64,000 nucleotides of DNA from Verrucomicrobiota bacterium (GTDB lineage: Bacteria; Verrucomicrobiota; Lentisphaeria; Lentisphaerales; Lentisphaeraceae): the NCBI GenBank assembly GCA_039798785.1, contig JBDKFG010000012.1, positions 12,221 through 76,220 on the forward strand. Reading direction: 5' to 3'. The notes under the pieces were generated by a model. That model made no database searches. It was not told where the DNA came from and worked only from the letters and a program-made list of their open reading frames with translations. The translations under genes and the position numbers were made by a program. Positions 38,594 to 47,215 of the stretch are shown one piece after another. Each line of letters begins with the position of its first letter. Position 1 is the stretch's first letter.

Positions 38594-39178
38594 ATGATCA
38601 TTCTTGCTTCCACTTCGCCCCGCCGGGCGCTGCTTTTGCAGCAGGCCGGGATTCCCTTCCGCATCTCGGCTCCTGAAGTCGAAGAGATTCATCAGAACGA
38701 TGACGCTGAAGCGACGGTTAGCGAAAACTGCCGCCGCAAAGCCCTTGCCGTCTCCCGGAAATTCCCGCATGAACTGGTTTTGGCCGCCGACACGGTCGTA
38801 TCCCTCGATGGTCTTGTCCTAGGCAAGCCGACGGATCTCAACGCTGCCCTTGAGATGCTCCTCAGTTTATCAGGCCGCAGCCACGAGGTTTTGACCGGCC
38901 AGGCTTTGGCTCTTGATGGCGAACTGATCGAGCTCAAAGTCCTACGTGCCCCGGTCAACTTCGCCGCCTTCGGCCCTGAGCAGGCGGAGGGCTATTTCGA
39001 CCGTGTCAATCCTCTCGACAAGGCTGGCGCCTACAACCTTGGCGAATGCCCGGAACTCCTCGGGGCTTCATGCCAGGCCGATCACGGAATAGTTATCGGA
39101 CTCTCAATCAATGACTTAAAACAATCTTTGAAAAATCTTCCAAAACCCCTTGCGGAGCGATTCCCAACTTTGCTATGA
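38594..39178 (+). CDS. maf: Maf-family nucleotide pyrophosphatase
   Basis: '[10 protein letters not shown]', 'AADTVV...LGKP', 'DKAGAY'. Confidence 0.92.
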   Translation: MIILASTSPRRALLLQQAGIPFRISAPEVEEIHQNDDAEATVSENCRRKALAVSRKFPHELVLAADTVVSLDGLVLGKPTDLNAALEMLLSLSGRSHEVLTGQALALDGELIELKVLRAPVNFAAFGPEQAEGYFDRVNPLDKAGAYNLGECPELLGASCQADHGIVIGLSINDLKQSLKNLPKPLAERFPTLL

Positions 39179-39179
39179 T
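39150..39179 (+). promoter_or_regulatory. Putative sigma70 promoter for the pilin gene (TTGCGG-N18-TATGAT with extended -10 TG)
   Basis: Sequence ttgcgg...tgc-tatgat, about 45 nt upstream of the ATG at 39226. Confidence 0.45.
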
Positions 39180-39225
39180 GAACTTGCCCCAAGCAGGCAA
39201 TACAACCCCCAACAGGAGAGTCCCC

Positions 39226-39735
39226 ATGAAAGCCAAGAAGTTCACCCTGATCGAGCTGCTCGTCGTCGTCGCCATCATCGGCATCCTCGCCGCCATGCTC
39301 CTCCCCGCCCTCGGCGCCGTCCGCGAAAAAGCCAACGTCACCAAGTGCAAGAACTCCCTCAAGCAAGTCGGCCTGGTCGTCCAGAGCTACTACTCCGACG
39401 GCACCTCCACCGCCTTCGGTTCGGCCTTCACCACCGCCACCCCGCTCGTCGCCACCACCGCTGGCTTTAACTTCGACGCCAACATGCTGGCCTGCGCCGC
39501 AGCCCGCACCACTGCCGAAGATGTTGATTACACCAGCGATAAGATTGGCAGCATGAGCGCATATACCACTCAAGCAGTTCCTGCAACCTTCGCTAATACC
39601 GATACTTGGGCTGTTGTCAACAACCCCAACTCCGGTCTCTTTGGTGACAATGGCGACACCGTTGCCAAGCGCCAACATAAAGTCAACCTCAAGTTCAACG
39701 TTACCGCCGGCGACGGTCACGTCGAAGAGAAATAA
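39226..39735 (+). CDS. Pilin-like protein 1 (prepilin N-terminus, C-terminal H-Xn-DG); candidate major pilin
   Basis: [27 protein letters not shown] with an AGGAG RBS, ending '[17 protein letters not shown]'. Has its own terminator. Confidence 0.88.
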   Translation: MKAKKFTLIELLVVVAIIGILAAMLLPALGAVREKANVTKCKNSLKQVGLVVQSYYSDGTSTAFGSAFTTATPLVATTAGFNFDANMLACAAARTTAEDVDYTSDKIGSMSAYTTQAVPATFANTDTWAVVNNPNSGLFGDNGDTVAKRQHKVNLKFNVTAGDGHVEEK

Positions 39736-39750
39736 GCTGACTTAAAGAAT

Positions 39751-39782
39751 AAGGGGGGGGCTCCATTGGCCCCTCCTTTTTA
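39751..39782 (+). terminator. Rho-independent terminator after pilin 1
   Basis: G-run/gcccctcc stem followed by ttttt. Confidence 0.6.
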
Positions 39783-39798
39783 ATTATGAGGTCACCTC

Positions 39799-40281
39799 AT
39801 GAAAATGACGAAATTCACTTTGATTGAGCTTTTGGTCGTTGTGGCCATCATTGGCATTTTGGCCGCAATGTTATTGCCGGCCTTGGCCTCTGTCCGAGAG
39901 AAGGCTAACATTGCAAAGTGCAAAAGCTATCTCAAACAACACGGCATCTCATTCGGCGCGTACTTCAATGCCGATAGTTTTCAAGTAGCACCGGTATATT
40001 CTGGCACCTTGACTGCTGGCGATTTGGTCGATACAGCCCTCAATCTCGATGACAATATGCTGGCCTGCTCAGCGATTAATTTATCCGGATCAAATTCCAT
40101 TTTTTTCTACAGCCCTTCCAGCACAGTTGGCCATAACGCCAATATCAGTGGACAACGCTATGGTGTGATCAACAACCCAGATTCCATTATCATGGAAGAT
40201 GATGTCGCGCACAAAAATACTGGCAAAGTCAGCCAGATGCGCGGTGATGGCCATGTGGAAGAATCAGCCGACAGCAATTAA
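39799..40281 (+). CDS. Pilin-like protein 2
   Basis: [27 protein letters not shown], 'NMLACS', '[17 protein letters not shown]'. Confidence 0.88.
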   Translation: MKMTKFTLIELLVVVAIIGILAAMLLPALASVREKANIAKCKSYLKQHGISFGAYFNADSFQVAPVYSGTLTAGDLVDTALNLDDNMLACSAINLSGSNSIFFYSPSSTVGHNANISGQRYGVINNPDSIIMEDDVAHKNTGKVSQMRGDGHVEESADSN

Positions 40282-40301
40282 TGAGTCGATTCATTCTCTT
40301 C

Positions 40302-40326
40302 GCCGCCTCGAACAGGCGGCTTTTTT
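40302..40326 (+). terminator. Rho-independent terminator after pilin 2
   Basis: gccgcct-cgaac-aggcggc-tttttt. Confidence 0.8.
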
Positions 40327-42065
40327 CATGCCCGGATCCGGGCGGGAATGCCGCCGCGAAGGGAGTTGCCGAGGCGGAGTTTGGCAGCGGCATGGAGATC
40401 GTCAAGAGTCAAAGCCTTTTCGATCGCGCCGAGGATTTGGATCTGCTCCTGGCGCCAGATGCCGGGGAGAATTCCTGCCTCCAAAGGTGGAGTGAACCAG
40501 TGGCCCTGAGAATCGCAAAGAAAGATTGAAGTGAAGCTGCCTTCGGCCAATTCGTTTCGATCGTTGAAGAGCAGAGCTTCGTCGGCTCCGAGGGCTTTGG
40601 CGCGGGCCAAAGCGCGTTCGTAAAGGCCGCGGCACGAGGTTTTGTGTCGGGTCCAAGGGTTTGCGGTGGGGATTTTTTCCTCGGCGATCACAACAAGAGC
40701 CTCGTCTTTTCCCCAGCCGAGAGCTGCCAAGGGCTCGCAACGCCCCCTCAGTTGACCTTGGGCATCAACTGCGAGGCGAACCCGGAAAGCCCCGGAACTT
40801 CGGTCAATCCGCCACTGACGGAGCTGCGCGAAAATCGCATCCCCCGGAAATGGACGCTGGAACCAGCGGCAGGAATCTCGCAAGCGGCGGAGATGGGCGC
40901 GCAGCTTTAAAGGGCGCCCATTTTCCCAAGCCATGGTGGTAAAAAGCTCCTCGGGGAGGGCTTCGGCACGCAAAAATGCCCCCTTGAGCAGGCATTCCTG
41001 CCATTCCAGCGACGGAGAGGAATCGGCGACTACGCCGGAGCCGAGGCCAAGAGACCAGATTTTGCCTTGCTTCTCCAAAGTGCGAATACAGACGTTGAAA
41101 GTGAAATCTCCGCCCGGCTCGACCCATCCGGCGATGCCGGTGTAGGCTCCGCGGGGTGACTGCTCGAGCCTGCGTATCAGCGAACAAGCCTGAATCTTCG
41201 GAGCTCCCGTGACGGAGCCCGGCGGGAATGTAGCCTCAAGGATAGACTCGAGACTTGCCCCCGGCTTCAGCTCCCCGCTGACCTGGCTGACCATTTGGTG
41301 CAAGGTGGCGTAGCGATCGACCTGGAAGAGCGAATCGACCTGGACGCTATTCTCGCGGCAGATTCGCGACAGGTCATTGCGCATCAGGTCGACGATCATG
41401 ACATTTTCCGCTTGCGACTTGGGATCCTGGGCGAGCCAGCGGCGGCGGGCTTCATCCTCCTCCCACGAAGCGGCGCGGGGGCAGGTGCCTTTCATCGGCA
41501 GAGAGGTCAAGCGCGAGCCGCGGCGCTGAAGGAAGAGCTCGGGGGAGAGGGAGATCAGGCCATAGGGACCGAGTTCGAACCAAGCGGCGAAGGGCACGGC
41601 TTGAGCCTGGTAGAGGCGCTTGAACAGCGCCAAGGGCGAGTCCGTGCCGAGCGTGACGGCGCAGCGGAAGCTGAGATTGGCCTGGTAGAGCTCGCCGGCG
41701 AAGATCGCGGCTTTCAGTTCTGTGAGGGCACGCTGCTGGGTTTCGGCATTCACCAGAGGCGTCCAGCGCGGCAAGCCCTCTGGCGCGGGAATGGCCAAGT
41801 CTTCGAGTCGCACTTCATCAGCCCGTTCGAAGATGCCGAAGACCGCCAAGGGGCCGGAATGATGATGGACCGGGATGCTGGGCTCAAAAACCGCCGCCGC
41901 TTCATAAGCCAGCCAGCCGGCGAGCCACTTGCCCGCTGCGGCTTCCGCTTCGATCCGGCGGATCAGCGGGCGCACTTCCTCCGGAGTCAAGGCCAGCAGC
42001 AGCTCGCCGCCGCCGCTGAGGCGAAGCCAGCCGGTGCTTGAACGAGAGCTGCGGAGGAGGCACAT
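40326..42065 (-). CDS. pabB: Aminodeoxychorismate synthase component I fused to class IV aminotransferase (PabB-PabC)
   Basis: 'GELYQANL', 'SPELFL', 'PMKGT', 'ENVMIVDLMRNDL', 'GSVTGAPK', and C-terminal 'HKTS', 'EGSFTSIF', 'GILPGI'. Start position uncertain. Confidence 0.9.
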   Translation of the reverse strand: MCLLRSSRSSTGWLRLSGGGELLLALTPEEVRPLIRRIEAEAAAGKWLAGWLAYEAAAVFEPSIPVHHHSGPLAVFGIFERADEVRLEDLAIPAPEGLPRWTPLVNAETQQRALTELKAAIFAGELYQANLSFRCAVTLGTDSPLALFKRLYQAQAVPFAAWFELGPYGLISLSPELFLQRRGSRLTSLPMKGTCPRAASWEEDEARRRWLAQDPKSQAENVMIVDLMRNDLSRICRENSVQVDSLFQVDRYATLHQMVSQVSGELKPGASLESILEATFPPGSVTGAPKIQACSLIRRLEQSPRGAYTGIAGWVEPGGDFTFNVCIRTLEKQGKIWSLGLGSGVVADSSPSLEWQECLLKGAFLRAEALPEELFTTMAWENGRPLKLRAHLRRLRDSCRWFQRPFPGDAIFAQLRQWRIDRSSGAFRVRLAVDAQGQLRGRCEPLAALGWGKDEALVVIAEEKIPTANPWTRHKTSCRGLYERALARAKALGADEALLFNDRNELAEGSFTSIFLCDSQGHWFTPPLEAGILPGIWRQEQIQILGAIEKALTLDDLHAAAKLRLGNSLRGGIPARIRA

Positions 42066-42156
42066 AATTACGAATGGCGAATTACAAATTGAGCTGCAAG
42101 CAGCGCGCAATTCGCCAAGGATGTCAGTTGCATGTGGCCGCTCAATTCGTAATTAC

Positions 42157-42807
42157 TCACTTCTTCACCGACTTGATGTTATCGATAAAAACCGGGAAAC
42201 GATTGAAGGTGACGACCCAAGCCGAAGTCTGACCGGACTTGAGTTCACCGTCAAGCTGGATGTCGATCATCCAATGTTTCGGCTCGGGCGAGCCGCGTGG
42301 CCAGATGCGGCCGCGGCAACGGAGAAAGCCGTTGGGCATGCGGCTGGTGACGAAGCGCATGGTATGCCAGGCTTGCGGTTTGAGAGAGAAGGGATGACTG
42401 CCCAGAAATTGCTCCTGGCCGAGGATGAGGCGGAGCTCGGGGTGAGTCTGATTCTGGCACGCAATCAGACGGGGGCCCTTGCTGCCGTGAGTGCCGAGGC
42501 CGAAAGTCGGCATCGCAGCCTCGGTGAGATAGGCATAGAAGTCGGCCTGGACCTCGACTTCGTCCAGGTTGTCAGGGCCGAACATGAAGCCCTGGAAGGC
42601 CTCCATGACCGAGCTCTGGAGACAGCGCTCCTCGCCAAGTTTCTTGAAGCCGAAATTCCCTTCATAAATGGAAATGCCATCCAGACAGTTCTTCTCATTC
42701 GAGCTGTTAAAGTCGCGCTCGAAAAGAGTGACCGACGGCGCCGTGCCGAAGAGCCCGCAAGAGCTCAGGCCGGCGAGTGAGACAAGCGAGATCAGGAGTT
42801 TTTTCAT
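42157..42807 (-). CDS. Hypothetical lipoprotein (beta-sandwich-like)
   Basis: Lipobox in 'MKKLLISLVSLAGLSSC'. Confidence 0.7.
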   Translation of the reverse strand: MKKLLISLVSLAGLSSCGLFGTAPSVTLFERDFNSSNEKNCLDGISIYEGNFGFKKLGEERCLQSSVMEAFQGFMFGPDNLDEVEVQADFYAYLTEAAMPTFGLGTHGSKGPRLIACQNQTHPELRLILGQEQFLGSHPFSLKPQAWHTMRFVTSRMPNGFLRCRGRIWPRGSPEPKHWMIDIQLDGELKSGQTSAWVVTFNRFPVFIDNIKSVKK

Positions 42808-42832
42808 CGGAGTTACCACGGGGGTTAAGGGT

Positions 42833-44116
42833 TCAGAGTCGGTGCCAACGGCGGGCACTGCTTTCGCCGCGTTCGAGAGATCCTTCAGGCAAAACTTCGA
42901 CGGGTATCTTCAGCCCGAAGGCAGTGAGCAGTTCAAGGGCAATGGTCTTGGCGATCTTCTGGGCTTTGTCCGTACCGGGGACAAGTTCAAGCTTGACCGC
43001 CATCTCGGTCATGCTGCGGCGCGATTTGACTTCTACACGATATTCGAGAACCTGGGAGTGCCGACGGATGAGTTCCTCGACGGCGGAAGGATAGACTGAG
43101 ACGCCGCGGACGAAGACGAGATTGTCAAGGCGTCCGATGATGCCGCCTTCAAGTGCCAAGTCGAAGCTGCCGCAGGCGCATTGCGCCCTCGGACCGCGCT
43201 TGACCAAATCGCCAGTGCGGAAACGCAGAGCGGGGGACGCGTGACGGCCGAGAGTGGTGAGGACCAGTTCACCGACGAAGCCCGGCTGCATCTTGCTGTC
43301 GCTCTCAGGAGCCACCACTTCGGCGTAGAAGGCGTCGGAGAGGACGTGCAAAGTGTCGGCATGGACGGGACAGGGATACGCCACAGGGCCGGTTTCAGTC
43401 AGGCAATAAGTATCTAGAACGCGGGCTCCGGGCCAGACCTTTTCGATCCGCTGGCGAGTGGCTGTGATCGACCCGCCAGGCTCGCCGCCGACGATGATGC
43501 GGCGGAGACATCCCTGGCTCAGGTCAATGTTCTCTTCGCGGGCGATTTCGCCGAGGCGTAGTGCGTAGCTGGGGGTGCAGAAGAGAACGCTGACGCGACA
43601 CTCGATGATCATCTTCAGCCGCCCGACGGTGTTGAGCGAGCCTGCGGGAAGGCACATCATGCCGAAGCGGCGGGCGGCGTCGATCGCAGTCCACTCCATC
43701 AGCTGCGGGCCGAAGCTCCAGGCGAACATCGCCACATCGCTGGCCTTCAGGCCAGCCGCCTGGTAGACTTTTTTCCAGTTGCCGGCCAGCCATTTCATGC
43801 CGTCCTTGTCGTCTCGCCAGAAGATAGGCTGCGTGCTGGTGCCGCTAGTGGTCGAGAGCAGCACAGGCTCGGCCCCCGCAGTCCAGTTGCTGCCGTAGGG
43901 CGGCAGCTCCTGCTGATCCTTCTGGTAATCGCTCTTCAAGGTGAATGGCACCATTTCCGACCAGTCATGCACGTCGCGGAGCTTGTTTGGAAGATCTTTC
44001 AGGCGGGCGTCGTGGAAGGGATTGCGGCCCCGCAAAGCCTTAGCCAAGCTATTGAGCTGATTCAACTGCTCTTCCTGCATCCCTGAACGGCTGTCGTGTT
44101 TATCGAGACTCATCAC
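42833..44116 (-). CDS. Phenylacetate-CoA ligase family adenylate-forming protein
   Basis: 'VPFTLK', 'TTSGTS', 'CTPSYAL', 'GGEPG', 'TETG', 'LRFRTGD', 'GIIGRLD...RGV.VYPS'. Confidence 0.85.
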   Translation of the reverse strand: MMSLDKHDSRSGMQEEQLNQLNSLAKALRGRNPFHDARLKDLPNKLRDVHDWSEMVPFTLKSDYQKDQQELPPYGSNWTAGAEPVLLSTTSGTSTQPIFWRDDKDGMKWLAGNWKKVYQAAGLKASDVAMFAWSFGPQLMEWTAIDAARRFGMMCLPAGSLNTVGRLKMIIECRVSVLFCTPSYALRLGEIAREENIDLSQGCLRRIIVGGEPGGSITATRQRIEKVWPGARVLDTYCLTETGPVAYPCPVHADTLHVLSDAFYAEVVAPESDSKMQPGFVGELVLTTLGRHASPALRFRTGDLVKRGPRAQCACGSFDLALEGGIIGRLDNLVFVRGVSVYPSAVEELIRRHSQVLEYRVEVKSRRSMTEMAVKLELVPGTDKAQKIAKTIALELLTAFGLKIPVEVLPEGSLERGESSARRWHRL

Positions 44117-44171
44117 CCGGCTCCTTGCTGATTGCGCAGACAGGGGAATCTAGCGGGGGAAGGCAGGATGC

Positions 44172-44463
44172 AAAATTCAAAATTCAAGATTCAAAATTCA
44201 AGAGATACCTTCGCTCCAGCTGCTCGATCCCATGCGGGTCGCACCATGGTAGCCCAGGGTCGCCTCGACCCTGGGTATGAGGCAAAAATGAGTTCCGATC
44301 CCTTGTGGGTCGCACAGTCTTCGACTGGGCGCTGTGCGACCCGCAAAGGGGTCGAGCGACAGAATTCGGCAGAATCCAGACCGGAAGCTTTTTTGCAGGG
44401 GTTCCCTGCATGCCTCATGAGGCATCTTGGATACGCATGTTGCTTTATCTGAATTTTGAATTC
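44172..44463. repeat. REP-containing MITE-like element flanked by inverted heptamer (AAATTCA)n tracts
   Basis: GTAG-CCCAGGGTCG-CCT-CGACCCTGGG at 44249-44275. The body is homologous to 62440-62600 plus 62930-62990. Confidence 0.85.
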
Positions 44464-46086
44464 TCAACTCCGAGTGCCTTCAAGGTCGGCGACATCGATG
44501 TAGAAGCGGGTGTCTCCCGCCTTGTGTGCGACTGGAAAGGTGAGGGTGAACGTGGTGCCGCGATCAAGCTCGGAGACCACCTCGATCCGCCCTTTGTGCG
44601 CCTCGACAAGTCGGCGGGTGACGGCGAGGCCGAGGCCGGTGCCCGCATCCCCCTTACCGGTGAAGAACATGTCGAAGATCTGATCGATATCCTCCGGCTT
44701 GATCCCGATGCCGTTGTCGCTGCAGCTGATGCACAAGCTGGAGCCGCCGTCGCTGAGCCAGGCATCCACCTTGATCCATCCACCGGTCTGGCCGTCATGC
44801 CGAGAGACGACGGCATCGGCGGCGTTATTGAGCAGATTCAGCATGATCCTATGCAGCGCGGTGGGATCAAGCTCCGCCGAAAGCGGCTGATGGGCGAGAT
44901 CCGGGGCGATTTTGAGCTCAATGGCGAGACTGGTGAGGTGGGGCTTGACTAGGCTTGCGGCCTCGGCCAGGAGTTCACCGACCGGCTGGCGGGTGATCTG
45001 CAGGTCGTATTCCTTGGCGAGGTTGAGCAGGTCGAGCATCAACGCAGTGAGGCGTTTGTGATTGCGGCTGAGAATGGTCCAGGCCTCGTTCATCAGCTCC
45101 TGGTCCTTGTCATCGATCCCCATGCGCATCAAGTAAAGACATCCATCGACACCCGTGAGGATGTTCTTGATGTAGTGCGACAGGGAGGCCGAGGCGGTGC
45201 CGAGAGTGGCGAGACGCTCATTGGCGATGTTGCGGACGTTGAGTCGGTGATTGGCGATCCAGGGAGAAGCGATCAGACAGAGCGCCGAGACGGCACGCAG
45301 CTGGACCGGCCCAAGGGTGGACCCGGCGATGCAGACGATGCCGAGAAGCTCGTTGTGCACCGACATCGGCGCGGCCAGGTGACGGCGGACCAATGAGCCG
45401 GGAAGAAGCACTGGATCGGTGAGCAAGGCTTCCCTCGATTCCTGAACCTGGAGAAGCAGTCCGGAAGGCAGATCGGCAGGCGACTTGTTGACACGGTGAC
45501 CCTGAGCGTTGAAACCGAAGGCGTAGCGGATCGAGCCGCCGCCGTCAGGTGTAGTGGTGAAGAGATCGACGATGCAGCCGGGGCAGGCTTCTCGAAGCAT
45601 CTGGCAGAGCGCCGTCAAGACGTCTTCCTCGGACGCGAGGGGCGCCATCCTCTCATGCAACTCGAGTGCGCCGGCGAGCGGCAGTTCATTGCCACTGCTG
45701 TCGGCCTGCGTCGCCATCAAGGGATCTCGAGCGTCGAGCCTGAAAGCGATGGTCGGCGTGTCGGACGTCTGCCTCTGGCTCACCTCGGCTTCTAAAAGCG
45801 AAGCTCCGGCGCGGAAGCGCAGGGTGCCGTTGACCAGAGCTGGCTGGCGCAAGGCGACGCCGCCTACCAGGGTGCCGTTGGTCGAATCGAGATCCTCCAG
45901 GAACCACTCGCTGTTCTTAAGGAAAAGCCGACAGTGACGGCGCGACAGCATGCCGTCCTGGATGCAGATCTCGCAATCGCGAGTCCGGCCCAGGGTGACA
46001 GCGGTTCCATGAACCGGAAACTCCTGCCCCGCTTCGGGACCGGAAATGACCCGGATGATCGCAAGCTGAGGTTTCTGCTGAGCCAC
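44464..46086 (-). CDS. FHA + GAF + histidine kinase
   Basis: FHA 'TLGR...LSRRH...DLDSTNGT', H-box 'LSHYIKN', 'NLLNNA', 'DNGIGI', 'GTGLGL'. Confidence 0.92.
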   Translation of the reverse strand: MAQQKPQLAIIRVISGPEAGQEFPVHGTAVTLGRTRDCEICIQDGMLSRRHCRLFLKNSEWFLEDLDSTNGTLVGGVALRQPALVNGTLRFRAGASLLEAEVSQRQTSDTPTIAFRLDARDPLMATQADSSGNELPLAGALELHERMAPLASEEDVLTALCQMLREACPGCIVDLFTTTPDGGGSIRYAFGFNAQGHRVNKSPADLPSGLLLQVQESREALLTDPVLLPGSLVRRHLAAPMSVHNELLGIVCIAGSTLGPVQLRAVSALCLIASPWIANHRLNVRNIANERLATLGTASASLSHYIKNILTGVDGCLYLMRMGIDDKDQELMNEAWTILSRNHKRLTALMLDLLNLAKEYDLQITRQPVGELLAEAASLVKPHLTSLAIELKIAPDLAHQPLSAELDPTALHRIMLNLLNNAADAVVSRHDGQTGGWIKVDAWLSDGGSSLCISCSDNGIGIKPEDIDQIFDMFFTGKGDAGTGLGLAVTRRLVEAHKGRIEVVSELDRGTTFTLTFPVAHKAGDTRFYIDVADLEGTRS

Positions 46087-46189
46087 CTGAAGACCTCCTG
46101 TAAGACAGCGGAAGAACTGGTCTCTACGAGAATAGTCTACATCATATCGGGTTTCCGGACACGGTGCAAGGCGGAAATCGCAGCGTGCC

Positions 46190-47215
46190 TCAAAGAATCA
46201 ACATGCAGTCGCCGTAGGAATAGAACCGCATCTTTTCCCTGACCGCGCAGCGGTAGGCCTCGAGGACCAGCTCGCGAGGCGCAAAGCAGCTGACCAGCAT
46301 CATCAAGGTGGAGCGGGGCAGGTGGAAGTTGGTGAGGAGCCGGTCAACCACGGCGGGACGGCGCGGAGGATGCATGAAGATCGCGGTGCGCCCTGCGCCG
46401 GGCCTCAGGAAACACTCGGGATCGGCACAGGTCTCGAGAGTGCGCACGCTGGTAGTCCCCACCGCCGTGATCCTGCCGCCGGCCTGATGGGTGCGCCGCA
46501 GAGATGCCGCCACCTCCGGAGCCAGCTCGAAGATCTCCTCGTGCATGCGATGATCACGAACATCCTCCACCGCCACCGGCAGGAAGGTGCCGGGACCGAC
46601 ATGCAGGGTGACGCGATGCTGCTCGATCCCCGACGCGCTCAGGCCGGCCAGCATCTCCGGAGTGAAATGCAGTCCTGCAGTGGGCGCGGCAATGGCGCCG
46701 GGACGGCTGGCGAACACCGTCTGATAGCGCTCCCTGTCGCTGACATCAGCTTCGCGGTTCATGTAAGGAGGCAGAGGGATCTGGCCGAGACGATCGAGCA
46801 AGGCGAGGACCTCCGCAGTGTCGAAATCGATTTCCGCCTGGCCGTCGTCACGGCGGGCGGCGATCCGAACGGGGCTGCCATCGGCAAGTTTCAGAGCCGT
46901 CCCAGGAGGCAGCCGCCGGCCAGGCTTGACGAAAGCGAGCCATCGGCCGGGGCGAAGTTCTTCGACAAGGAGCATCTCGGCTCGTCCGCCGCTGCCCTCC
47001 TTGCGGCCGAAAAGCCGGGCCGGGATGACCCGAGTATCGTTCATCACCAAGGCGTCGCCGGCTTTGAAATACTCGGGGAAATCGCGGAAGGAGCGGATCT
47101 CGAAAGTCCCTGAGCGGGGATCGAGAACCATCATCCGCGACTCGTCGCGTCGCTGCGCCGGCCGTGAAGCGATCAAATCCTCCGGCAGCTCGAAATCAAA
47201 ATCGGAGACCTTCAC
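46190..47215 (-). CDS. queA: SAM:tRNA ribosyltransferase-isomerase
   Basis: GTG start 'KVSDFDFELPEDLIA', 'NDTRVIPARL', 'AAPTAGLHFT', 'TNFHLP', 'FYSYGD'. Confidence 0.96.
   Translation of the reverse strand: MKVSDFDFELPEDLIASRPAQRRDESRMMVLDPRSGTFEIRSFRDFPEYFKAGDALVMNDTRVIPARLFGRKEGSGGRAEMLLVEELRPGRWLAFVKPGRRLPPGTALKLADGSPVRIAARRDDGQAEIDFDTAEVLALLDRLGQIPLPPYMNREADVSDRERYQTVFASRPGAIAAPTAGLHFTPEMLAGLSASGIEQHRVTLHVGPGTFLPVAVEDVRDHRMHEEIFELAPEVAASLRRTHQAGGRITAVGTTSVRTLETCADPECFLRPGAGRTAIFMHPPRRPAVVDRLLTNFHLPRSTLMMLVSCFAPRELVLEAYRCAVREKMRFYSYGDCMLIL

Noticed and set aside
39226..40281. Diversity-generating retroelement acting on pilins
   Set aside because: No reverse transcriptase and no TR/VR pair differing only at adenines.
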